Notes under the pieces: generated by a model
Seen by the model: only the letters and a program-made list of their open reading frames with translations
What the model was told of the DNA's origin: nothing
Database searches by the model: none
Shown here: positions 8,557 to 17,433 of the stretch, piece by piece
Layout of the letters: every line of letters begins with the position of its first letter
Numbering within the stretch: the stretch's first letter is position 1
Assembly: GCA_048882385.1 (NCBI GenBank)
Contig: JBHLRQ010000024.1
Coordinates: 14,075 to 36,901 of the forward strand
Reading direction: 5' to 3'
Origin: Candidatus Thorarchaeota archaeon
GTDB taxonomy: Archaea; Asgardarchaeota; Thorarchaeia; Thorarchaeales; Thorarchaeaceae
DNA: 22,827 nt
Program-made: the position numbers and the translations under genes

Positions 8557-8943
8557 ATGAAAAAGAGAACCAGAATGGCACTAGTTGCAGTTGTCTTAGT
8601 CGCCACTATTGGTTTTGTTGCCTACGGTATGCTCAACCTGTTTGTAGACCCCTATCTCAGTGTTGATAATGTTGTTGAGGATCCTGAAGCGTATATGGGT
8701 CGAACCATCCAAGTCAAGGGTGCTCTTCAACCAGGATCTCTAACCATATCTGCAGAAAATGTGACACTGGTCATTGAGGGTGACAACTACACCATCACGG
8801 TTTTGGTTGTTGGCGAAGTCCCAGATATGATCGATGGTCAAGACATCGTTGCTATTGGGACATTAGAACCAGCTGGTTACATTCGAGCAACTGAGATTTT
8901 GACATCGTGTCCAAGTAGGTACGAAGCAACTACAACCTCGTGA
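8557..8943 (+). CDS. ccmE: heme chaperone CcmE, CxxxY (System I*) type
   Basis: N-terminal TM anchor, OB-fold-like V.G.L.PGS segment, C-terminal A.EILTSCPSRY. Confidence 0.92.
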   Translation: MKKRTRMALVAVVLVATIGFVAYGMLNLFVDPYLSVDNVVEDPEAYMGRTIQVKGALQPGSLTISAENVTLVIEGDNYTITVLVVGEVPDMIDGQDIVAIGTLEPAGYIRATEILTSCPSRYEATTTS

Positions 8944-8945
8944 TA

Positions 8946-9581
8946 TTACTTCCACTCATCACCAAATCGTACTTTTTGACCGTTAGGTCTCTTTTCATGG
9001 GCCCAAGGTACTGGATTTCGTACAAGAATAGAAGCTAGTGTTGCTACACGTGTACCTATTTGGGTGGCCATGTCGATAGCTTCCGTATCAGCTCGAATAT
9101 CACCTGCATTTAGAGCAAAGCCAACAGGCCAGCTCACACTACCAGGTACGATCATTTCCTTGACTAACATAAAGAACTGAATATGTGTTAATGCAAGATC
9201 GGTACCGGATCTTCTTCCAACAACAATTCCAGCTCCAACCTTTCCTTCAAGATGCAAGAATCTTCCAGTTCGATCCAATAGGTTCTTCATGGGTGTAGCA
9301 AGGGATGCATAATGATCAGGAGATCCAAAAATAATTCCATCAGCAGCCTTCATTGTCTTTGCAATCTTGTTTAGGTCATCGTCTATCTTACACTTACCCA
9401 AACGAGAACATTCGGAACAGTGCTCGCAAGCGCCTATATTCAGATCTGCAAGTTCCAAAAATTCAGTCTTTGCACCAGCTAGCTCTGCAGCTTGTAATGC
9501 TGTATCAACTAGGATGGATGTGTTACTGCTTGTCCTTGGACTACCGCAGATACCCATTATACGCGTTCTCAAGTATTGCAC
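8946..9581 (-). CDS. iron-sulfur flavoprotein (Isf / NADPH-dependent FMN reductase, flavodoxin-like family)
   Basis: GICGSPR..SNT FMN loop, compact CEHCSECSRLGKC (Cx2Cx2Cx5C) cluster motif, ADGIIFGSP and MKNLLDR. The start may be TTG at 9572. Confidence 0.88.
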   Translation of the reverse strand: MQYLRTRIMGICGSPRTSSNTSILVDTALQAAELAGAKTEFLELADLNIGACEHCSECSRLGKCKIDDDLNKIAKTMKAADGIIFGSPDHYASLATPMKNLLDRTGRFLHLEGKVGAGIVVGRRSGTDLALTHIQFFMLVKEMIVPGSVSWPVGFALNAGDIRADTEAIDMATQIGTRVATLASILVRNPVPWAHEKRPNGQKVRFGDEWK

Positions 9582-9884
9582 CCAGTCACATCAAATTGAC
9601 CCAAAGCAGCACTTGAATGTTACTTTCTAACTAGAGAATTCGAATAGTGTACGATTCGTAACTTTGAGCTTAAGTCCATATTCGAAATGTTACATTTTGA
9701 AAGAAAGAATGTCGGATTAAATACATGTTCAGAATGAAATTTGTTGGCATGAAGGTTTATCATTCAAATCAAAAATATAGCATTTTTCCGGTTTTCGGTG
9801 ATAATATGGAAAATAGTTTGGATAACTTCCTTCATCCTTTTCACAACTAAATTCAGAGAATTATGATTTGACACAACCGATATT

Positions 9885-9899
9885 GTGAAGTTTAAATTA
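9885..9899 (+). promoter_or_regulatory. putative archaeal BRE/TATA promoter for mutS
   Basis: GTGAAG-TTTAAATTA about 70 nt upstream of the mutS start. Confidence 0.45.
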
Positions 9900-9964
9900 T
9901 AGAATCAAGGTGGCGATGGCATTATTAGAGAGTCAGTTGATGAATAGAGAAGTAGGGAGTAAGA

Positions 9965-12562
9965 GTGAGTAAACAGACCCCGATGCAGAGGCAATACCTT
10001 CAGTTGAAACGCCAGTACCCTGATTGTATTCTCATGTATCAGCTTGGTGATTTCCATGAGATGTTCAATGAGGATGCTAAGATAGCCAGTAGGATCCTTG
10101 ATATTGTTCTCACAGCACGTGGTGAAGGTGTTGATAGATGGCCAATGTGCGGTGTGCCTAATCATTCCGTCGACAGTTACATTGCCAAACTTCTACAGGC
10201 AGGTCATACGGTAGCAATTGCTAGGCAGGTCGAGGATGCTTCAAAAGCGAAGGGATTGGTCAAGCGAGATGTGGTTCGAGTTATCACCCCAGGAACAGTC
10301 TTGGAAAGTACAATGCTTGAGGATACCACCAATAACTACCTTGTTTCACTGGTTGCACATGAAGACAAGATAGGAATTTCTGCGGTTGATGTTTCAACTG
10401 GAGAGTTCTTAGCTGCAGAGTTTGAAGCAGGAATCGATAGTGAAACCACAATGAATGAGATCGTAAAGTTCTCACCCTCAGAAATTCTGCTTCCAGATTC
10501 GGTTTCAAAGTCGAAACTTAAAGTCAAGCTTGAGGAACTTGACATCAGAATTACTTTCCGCAACGACACGGATTACTCAGCTAGAACCGCTGAAGAACGG
10601 ATTAAAGAGCAGTTTGGAGTTTCCACTCTCGATGGCTATGGTTTGACAGACAAACGAGTTGCCTTGGGTGCAGCTGGTTCGATTCTCGCATACCTGAGAG
10701 ATGTCCATAAGTCAGGAACCATCACTGTTTCCGGGATTCGAACATACTCTATCGAAACTCACATGATTGTTGACCCAACAACTCAGCGAAACCTGGAATT
10801 AGTTAGGAATGCGAGAGACGGTAGTACTCGTGGAACACTTCTTTCTGTGCTTTCAAAGACAGTCACACCAATGGGAAAAAGGAAACTGAAGCAATGGATG
10901 TTGAGTCCACTTCAAGATATTGATGCGATAACTTCCAGACAGGATTCTATTGAGGAACTTGCAAGAGATGCTCTGAATAGAAAGGGAATATCAGATAGCT
11001 TGAGAGATCTTGGTGACCTTGAGAGGATAACCAGCAGAATTGTTTTTGGTAGTGCTAATGCACGAGACCTCCTTGCACTAAAGAATGCACTATCCAAGCT
11101 ACCCAAGATAAAGAAGTCACTTGCAGAATGCAAGAGCGACCTGTTAAAGGAATCCAGTAAATCCATTGATCCCCTCTTGAAGTTGCATAAGATGCTCGAG
11201 AACGCCATTTTAGATGAACCTCCGGTTTCAATTCGTGATGGCGGAATGATAAAGAAAGGTTTCAACAAAGAACTGGATGAACTAAAGGAAACCATCGCTT
11301 CTGACAAGAAATGGATTGCATCTCTTCAGGAGTCTGAAAGAAGGAGAACAGGTATCAAGAATCTGAAGGTCGGTTACAACCGTGTCTTCGGATACTATAT
11401 CGAAGTCACAAAATCAAGTCTCTCAATGGTCCCCAAAGAATATGATAGAAAACAGACTCTAGCAAATGCAGAGCGGTATATCACTCCAGAACTTAAGGAG
11501 AAAGAGTCAACAGTACTTGCAGGAGAGGAGAAGATCAATCAGGTCGAATACGAAATCTATGAAGAGTTACGCGATGAAGTCAGAGATGGAGCTGGAATAC
11601 TTCGCCAAGACTCTGGGGCCATCGCAGTCGTTGATGTCTTGACATCTTTAGCAGATGTAGCAGTCACTAGAAGATATGCAAGACCAAAGCTGACAACTGG
11701 AACACGAATCAAGATCGTAGATGGTAGACACGCTTCTCTTGAAGTAATGCTTGGTCCAAATGAGTTTGTTCCTAATGGAATTGAGATTGGTGATGGTGGA
11801 ACCACACTGATGATTGTCACTGGACCTAATATGGCTGGGAAAAGCACATACATGAGACAATGCGCACTTATCGTATTGTTAGCACAGATGGGATCATTCG
11901 TACCAGCTAAAAGCGCTGAGATAGGTCTCGTTGATAGGATTTTTACAAGGGTCGGAGCATTTGACGATCTTACTGCAAGACAAAGCACATTCATGGTCGA
12001 GATGATTGAAACTGCTAACATATTGAATAATGCCACTGAGAGCAGTCTCGTCATTCTAGACGAAATTGGCAGAGGAACCTCGACATTTGATGGGATGGCT
12101 CTCGCTTGGGCTGTGGCTGAGAAGATAGTGCAGATGAAGACACGCGCACTATTTGCAACACACTTCCATCAGTTGACCGACATGGCTACTCAGTATCATG
12201 GTGTGAAGAATGTACATACCTTAGCGAAAGAAACTGGTGATACAATTATTTTCCTCCATAAGGTCGTAGATGGCGGAACTGACAGGAGCTACGGTGTCCA
12301 TGTAGCTGCTCTTGCTGGCGTTCCAGATGAGGTTGTCAAAAGAGCGAAGGAACTCCTTGTTCGGTTGGAGAAGGAAAATATCACAGCTGTCGATATGTCT
12401 GAACCAGGTTTTGACGACACTCATCAAGCAAGTCTTGAAGCACTGGTTATCGATGATCCGATTGTTGAAAGAATTAGAAACATGGACCTAGATAGGACGA
12501 CACCCATAGATGCACTCACTGAGCTGAAGGAGATTCAAGACAAGATAAAACGCCGCGATTAG
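9965..12562 (+). CDS. mutS: DNA mismatch repair protein MutS (MutS1)
   Basis: TPMQRQY, GDFHEMF (Phe-X-Glu), PMCGVP, TGPNMAGKSTY, STFMVEM, LDEIGRGTST and SYGVHVA; all five domains present. Confidence 0.97.
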   Translation: MSKQTPMQRQYLQLKRQYPDCILMYQLGDFHEMFNEDAKIASRILDIVLTARGEGVDRWPMCGVPNHSVDSYIAKLLQAGHTVAIARQVEDASKAKGLVKRDVVRVITPGTVLESTMLEDTTNNYLVSLVAHEDKIGISAVDVSTGEFLAAEFEAGIDSETTMNEIVKFSPSEILLPDSVSKSKLKVKLEELDIRITFRNDTDYSARTAEERIKEQFGVSTLDGYGLTDKRVALGAAGSILAYLRDVHKSGTITVSGIRTYSIETHMIVDPTTQRNLELVRNARDGSTRGTLLSVLSKTVTPMGKRKLKQWMLSPLQDIDAITSRQDSIEELARDALNRKGISDSLRDLGDLERITSRIVFGSANARDLLALKNALSKLPKIKKSLAECKSDLLKESSKSIDPLLKLHKMLENAILDEPPVSIRDGGMIKKGFNKELDELKETIASDKKWIASLQESERRRTGIKNLKVGYNRVFGYYIEVTKSSLSMVPKEYDRKQTLANAERYITPELKEKESTVLAGEEKINQVEYEIYEELRDEVRDGAGILRQDSGAIAVVDVLTSLADVAVTRRYARPKLTTGTRIKIVDGRHASLEVMLGPNEFVPNGIEIGDGGTTLMIVTGPNMAGKSTYMRQCALIVLLAQMGSFVPAKSAEIGLVDRIFTRVGAFDDLTARQSTFMVEMIETANILNNATESSLVILDEIGRGTSTFDGMALAWAVAEKIVQMKTRALFATHFHQLTDMATQYHGVKNVHTLAKETGDTIIFLHKVVDGGTDRSYGVHVAALAGVPDEVVKRAKELLVRLEKENITAVDMSEPGFDDTHQASLEALVIDDPIVERIRNMDLDRTTPIDALTELKEIQDKIKRRD

Positions 12563-12571
12563 GGCATATCA

Positions 12572-13633
12572 CTATGCCTTCCAGAAGACAACACCATTAT
12601 CTGATTTTTCAGATACCAGAATTCCATTCTTCACACGACGTTGAAGGTTTGTATAGACAATCTTCGAACGACCGTCCGCACGAGGATCATCTTCAATCAT
12701 TGATTCGACCACTTCCGCAAGGGTTCTTCTATTGGGTGAATTGAAATAACCTCTCTCGATAAGAGTTGAGAGAGCACTTGTAGGAGACCATGGTCTAGGA
12801 CGCTCTGAGAACCTCTTTTTCAGCTGAAGGTAGACTTTGTTGCATCGTTCTTTCATTTCATTAAGTGATTCTCCAACAATGTCGATTTTATCAATGTCAG
12901 AAATCCCATACCCCTTCTCGGCAAAACTCTCGATTGTCTTATGTTTAGAAATTTTCAGACCCGCAAGTATTGCTCCAACTGTTTCGACTGCAACTGCATC
13001 GCGGCCAACTGCAATGATATCGGTAGGTAGACTGTCCATGTGGTAACAGAACCGACTTCCATCAAGTACTGACAAGTCGATACCTCCAATCACTTGATAC
13101 AGTTGAGTGAGAAGATTGTAGAAAATCTCATTCTTGTGATATTGTGCCTTCTTTGGAGAGGGAGGTAATCCGAAGAGATTCTTCAAGATACTTCCCTTGT
13201 AGTAGCTTCTCAGAACATGAGTCGATATGAAAGCTCGAGGTTTTAGGACGACCCTGGATAATTCCAGGAAAATCTCTCGAATAGGATTTTCAATTCTCAA
13301 TGTGAAGCTGTTTGTATCCTGCGAAAGATCAAATGGAACAACTCGATCCGTGAATAGTTCATTCCAGATCTGAAGACGATCCAGAGCTAGGCCTTGATAA
13401 TTGTCAGACTCTGCTAAGTAAATCTTAGGGCTTGCATTGAATGCATTCACAATATCTCGAACAATACCAACAGTGGAATAATGCGGTGTATTGACTCCGA
13501 AGACCCCAACCTTAATGACAGCCTCTCTTTGGTCGTTATTCAAATCATCGATGCCACCAATCAGATCGATAGCTTCTCTTACCGGTGATTCACGATTCTT
13601 TCTTAGGTCTACAAGAGCCACAACAGTGTTCAA
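12572..13633 (-). CDS. DUF362-like protein with C-terminal putative winged-helix extension
   Basis: VREAIDLIGG, IYLAESD, LKNLFG, IDLSVLDG and GRDAVAVE match the DUF362 pattern, followed by about 70 extra residues. GGAGG SD before the TTG start. Confidence 0.7.
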   Translation of the reverse strand: MNTVVALVDLRKNRESPVREAIDLIGGIDDLNNDQREAVIKVGVFGVNTPHYSTVGIVRDIVNAFNASPKIYLAESDNYQGLALDRLQIWNELFTDRVVPFDLSQDTNSFTLRIENPIREIFLELSRVVLKPRAFISTHVLRSYYKGSILKNLFGLPPSPKKAQYHKNEIFYNLLTQLYQVIGGIDLSVLDGSRFCYHMDSLPTDIIAVGRDAVAVETVGAILAGLKISKHKTIESFAEKGYGISDIDKIDIVGESLNEMKERCNKVYLQLKKRFSERPRPWSPTSALSTLIERGYFNSPNRRTLAEVVESMIEDDPRADGRSKIVYTNLQRRVKNGILVSEKSDNGVVFWKA

Positions 13634-13833
13634 CAGAGGTCCTCCAGATGTGTAATCAAACTGATGCGCAATGATGTTCGATGATAAGTGTGATTCTCAA
13701 GATTCACGAGTTACAAAGATGAACTTGTGTAGACAATAAAGGTTAATTCTGTAAATAATTTCAATATTCAATTGATTAAATATATATACAATCCCAGGCT
13801 ATCTCATTGTCAGGTTGATTAGGAGGAAGCTGC

Positions 13834-14148
13834 ATGGATCCAAATCCCAATTACGTAGCTCTTCTGGGTGAATATGATATACCAAAAACCAATCTAGAAC
13901 CATATCTGAAAGTCATGAGAGAAAGTTCCAAAGCATTCTCAACTTGGTCAAAACAAGGACTCGTTAAGGACTTCCAATCCTGGACGGACAATACAGGTCA
14001 CTTTGTGATATTCATCTTGTTTGAATCTATTGAAAAATTCGCAGAGATTTGGAACAAGGAAGAGTTTCACAAATTTACAAGTGAAAGCTCAATGTTTCTA
14101 GAAAATGTAAGACTTCGACTCATGCGACCTGCCTTTCTACCCGAATAG
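13834..14148 (+). CDS. hypothetical protein, probable ferredoxin-like alpha/beta (Dabb/ABM-like) fold
   Basis: Strong AGGAGG SD (13821-13826) and a TATA-like TTAAATATATATA upstream. Alternating strand/helix pattern; fold is inferred. Confidence 0.7.
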   Translation: MDPNPNYVALLGEYDIPKTNLEPYLKVMRESSKAFSTWSKQGLVKDFQSWTDNTGHFVIFILFESIEKFAEIWNKEEFHKFTSESSMFLENVRLRLMRPAFLPE

Positions 14149-14214
14149 AAGCAGCACAACCTCACGGTATTATTCGAGAAGATTAAAAACAGACTATTGT
14201 TAGGTCAAAATGCA

Positions 14215-14871
14215 ATGAAACCTCTTCTCACACCCTCTATCCTTGCGGCCAACTTTGCAAACCTTGAAGCTGACATCAAAGCTGCTGAGAAAGGTGGAGC
14301 AGACTATTTTCACTTAGACATAATGGATGGGCACTTTGTTCCAAACATTTCATTTGGACCTTGGGTAGCCAAGCTGATGAAGCAAATTACTGATATCCCT
14401 CTTGATGCACATTTGATGATAACAAATCCACGAGAATACATACCAAAGTTCATTGATGCTGGTGTGGAACTCATCTATCCGCACATTGAAGCATCATTCG
14501 ATGTTTACAGGACTGTTCAGCTTATCATTGATCATGGCGCAAGAGCAGGTATCACCCTAAATCCTGCAACCTCTGTGCAAACTGTTGAAGGAGTCATCGA
14601 TCTTATTGATTCAGTCCTCTTGATGAGTGTCTGTCCAGGATTCGGTGGACAGAAGTTCATCCCCTCCACAATCGAGAAGATAACTAATCTGCGACAACTC
14701 CTTGATGAACAAAAACCAGAAATCAGGATTGCTGTTGATGGAGGTGTGACATTGGAAAATGTCGGAGACCTTCGTAAAGCAGGTGCAGATTTCTTTATTG
14801 CAGGTTCAGCAGTCTTCAAAGCACCAGATATCGAGCAGCGTGTTCGTGATTTCAAAAAGGCAATGGAATGA
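14215..14871 (+). CDS. rpe: ribulose-phosphate 3-epimerase
   Basis: PSILAANF, HLDIMDGHFVPN, DAHLM, MSVCPGFGGQKF, VDGG and GSAVF. ATG at 14215 is preferred over TTG 14197. Confidence 0.97.
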   Translation: MKPLLTPSILAANFANLEADIKAAEKGGADYFHLDIMDGHFVPNISFGPWVAKLMKQITDIPLDAHLMITNPREYIPKFIDAGVELIYPHIEASFDVYRTVQLIIDHGARAGITLNPATSVQTVEGVIDLIDSVLLMSVCPGFGGQKFIPSTIEKITNLRQLLDEQKPEIRIAVDGGVTLENVGDLRKAGADFFIAGSAVFKAPDIEQRVRDFKKAME

Positions 14872-14959
14872 ACTACTAGACCCCACTTTTTAAATCGAGA
14901 TTAAGAACTACAATCGTAAGTAGAGACCACGTTCTGGTCGAGACAGGAGAGAACTAGAG

Positions 14960-15613
14960 ATGAAATTCTTTATAGACACCGCGAATGTAGATGCAATTCG
15001 CAAAGCTCACGAGAGGGGAATGGTTGATGGAGTCACAACGAACCCGTCGCTGGTTGCAAAGGAAGGTCGTGATTTCAGAACTGTTGTAGACGAGATTGCC
15101 TCATTCGTGGAGGGGCCGATAAGTCTTGAAGTTGTGAGTGAAGACGCAGAAGGAATGTTGAAAGAGGCTCACGAATTGAACGGATGGATTGACAATGCCG
15201 CGATCAAGATTCCTATGACATGGGAGGGGCTCAAAGCTGTCAAGGTCTGCGCAGATGAAGGCATCCAAACCAATGTCACACTTTGCTTTAGTCCAAATCA
15301 AGCTCTTCTCGCAGCAAAGGCTGGAGCTACATTTGTATCACCATTCATTGGCCGCTTGGACGATGTTGGCCAGGTTGGAATGGAAATCATAGAGTCGATT
15401 GTTCAGATTTATCAGAACTATGGATTTGAAACTGAAATCATCGTAGCGAGTATTCGTCATCCAATACATGTCTATGAAGCAGCATTATTGGGTGCGGATA
15501 TTGCAACTATTCCACCAGCAGTTCTCGATAAGATGGTAACTCATCCTCTTACTGATGTTGGAATCAGAAAATTCCTAGAGGACTGGGAGAAGGTCAAGAA
15601 AGCGAAGAAGTAA
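14960..15613 (+). CDS. tal: transaldolase (short TalC/FSA family)
   Basis: [15 protein letters not shown], Schiff-base IKIP and NVTLCFS. Glu in SLEV and Phe in SPFIGR are the transaldolase residues (FSA has Gln/Tyr). Confidence 0.93.
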   Translation: MKFFIDTANVDAIRKAHERGMVDGVTTNPSLVAKEGRDFRTVVDEIASFVEGPISLEVVSEDAEGMLKEAHELNGWIDNAAIKIPMTWEGLKAVKVCADEGIQTNVTLCFSPNQALLAAKAGATFVSPFIGRLDDVGQVGMEIIESIVQIYQNYGFETEIIVASIRHPIHVYEAALLGADIATIPPAVLDKMVTHPLTDVGIRKFLEDWEKVKKAKK

Positions 15614-15629
15614 ATTCTTGAGTTGAAGT

Positions 15630-15669
15630 TGTAGTGGGGAACGGTGTCGTGGCGGCCGTTCCCTCTACA
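15630..15669 (+). terminator. GC-rich stem-loop downstream of tal
   Basis: TGTAG(T)GGGGAACGGT...GCCGTTCCCTCTACA; about 15 bp with G-U pairs that form only on the + strand. Confidence 0.55.
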
Positions 15670-15870
15670 GAGAAAAGAAGGTGATAAATCAGGCAAACCT
15701 CTTTCTAGCATCCAACGGCGTTAGTGAATATAATCTATCTAACATTATTATTATCATATTATATATATGAGGGTATGTTGCATGAAATAAGATGAAAAGC
15801 ATCTAACTACGATGCTCTCTATGACAAGAAAGATATGGTAGGTTGAAGCAAAGGTGGACTGTGTGTGCCC

Positions 15871-17424
15871 ATGAAAATCGAAGCTGACTTAGTTGTCTTT
15901 AATGGAAATATCATCACAATGGACCCACAAAAACCAACTGCAACTGCACTTGCTGTCAAAAGCTTCAAAGTGCTTGCAATCGGTGAAGAGGAGGAAATAA
16001 TCGATCTGGTTCCTGATGCCAAGAGAGTAATTGATCTTGGTGGAAAGACTGTTGTCCCTGGTTTCATAGATGCACATACTCATCTATCCAGTGCTGGTGT
16101 GAAATCAGCTCACGTTCAACTTGACAAAGTAGGTTCAGTAGGCGAGGCGATAAGGTTCCTTACTGATTCAGTTCCAAAATATCCTAAGGGCGAATGGATC
16201 TTAGGGTACAATTGGGATGAAAGTGAGTGGAAGAAAAAGAGATACATCACAGCCAAAGATTTAGACAATGTCAGCACGGACCACCCGATAATGGCAACGC
16301 GAGTCTGCGGCCATTTAGCTTCGGTGAATAGTGTTGGGCTAAAGAAGCTAGGAATTCCTCTTGACCAGAGAGGTGTTCAGAAAGATAGGTTAGGTAAACC
16401 AACAGGAGTATTGAAAGATATCGAAGAAGTCTGGGAAAAGGTCAAGCCGAGTCCTGAGAAAATTCGAGAAGGTGTAATAGCAGGAAACAAAATAGCCAAC
16501 GAGAAAGGTATCACCACAGCTGTGGACAATGCATCAGCTGGGACAATCAGGTATATCAGAGAAATTGAAACCAAAAATCAACTATCCACTCGCATGATTG
16601 TAAACATTCCAGTAGAACAGATAGATCATATGATAGAAATTGGTCTGACCTCAGGAATGGGAAGCCCATTGGTCAGAGTTGGTGGCGTGAAAATCTTTAC
16701 TGATGGATCAATTGGCGCAAAGACAGCGTGTGTTGCCAAAGGATATAATGACGATCCAAAGAATAAAGGAATGCTTCTTTTCCCGCAAAAAGACTATGCA
16801 GACATCGTGAAAAAAGCAGTGGAACACAACATTCAGACAGTGACTCATGCTATTGGAGACGAAGCAATAGAGATGGTCATCACAACATTTGAAGACCTCG
16901 ATGACAAAAGGATGCTAAGGTTCCAGAGACACAGAATCGAACATGCAGAGATGATAAATGAATATCAGATTCGACGAGCAGTAGGTCTTGGTCTTATTCT
17001 TTCTATGCAACCCAATTTTGTTGGCAGATGGCAACAGGTTGGAGGACTTTATGACCAGAGGTTTGATGCTGAAAGAGTTAGAGGGATGAACATGTTTCGA
17101 GTAGCCCTCGACAACGGAGCTCGTCTATGCTTTGGATCAGACGGAATGCCTTACGGTCCACTATACGGTATCTGGTCAGCAGTCACTCATCATAACGAGA
17201 GAGTTCGACTCACTGTCGAAGAGGCTCTAAGATGTTATACGTTGGAGAGTGCATATTCTGTTTTTCAAGAGAATACCCTAGGCAGTCTTACGGTTGGAAA
17301 ACGTGCGGACTTTGTTGTCCTTTCTGAGAATATTCTTGATGTCCCAGTAGACAAAATAATTGAAATAGACATTGAAATGACAGTCTTAGGCGGAATCGTA
17401 GAGTATTCAGCTTCACGTGCATGA
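15871..17424 (+). CDS. amidohydrolase 3 family protein (YtcJ/NfdA-like metal-dependent hydrolase)
   Basis: PGFIDAHTH, KIFTDGSIG, HAIGD, RIEHAE, FGSDG and GKRADFVVLS. Confidence 0.92.
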   Translation: MKIEADLVVFNGNIITMDPQKPTATALAVKSFKVLAIGEEEEIIDLVPDAKRVIDLGGKTVVPGFIDAHTHLSSAGVKSAHVQLDKVGSVGEAIRFLTDSVPKYPKGEWILGYNWDESEWKKKRYITAKDLDNVSTDHPIMATRVCGHLASVNSVGLKKLGIPLDQRGVQKDRLGKPTGVLKDIEEVWEKVKPSPEKIREGVIAGNKIANEKGITTAVDNASAGTIRYIREIETKNQLSTRMIVNIPVEQIDHMIEIGLTSGMGSPLVRVGGVKIFTDGSIGAKTACVAKGYNDDPKNKGMLLFPQKDYADIVKKAVEHNIQTVTHAIGDEAIEMVITTFEDLDDKRMLRFQRHRIEHAEMINEYQIRRAVGLGLILSMQPNFVGRWQQVGGLYDQRFDAERVRGMNMFRVALDNGARLCFGSDGMPYGPLYGIWSAVTHHNERVRLTVEEALRCYTLESAYSVFQENTLGSLTVGKRADFVVLSENILDVPVDKIIEIDIEMTVLGGIVEYSASRA

Positions 17425-17433
17425 GGTGTTACC

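Noticed and set aside
9912-9950. GGCGATGG...TGATGA upstream of mutS resembling a fluoride riboswitch
   Set aside because: The complementary CGCC strand and the 3' pseudoknot partner are absent.
14960-15613. Fructose-6-phosphate aldolase call
   Set aside because: The diagnostic Glu and Phe indicate transaldolase.
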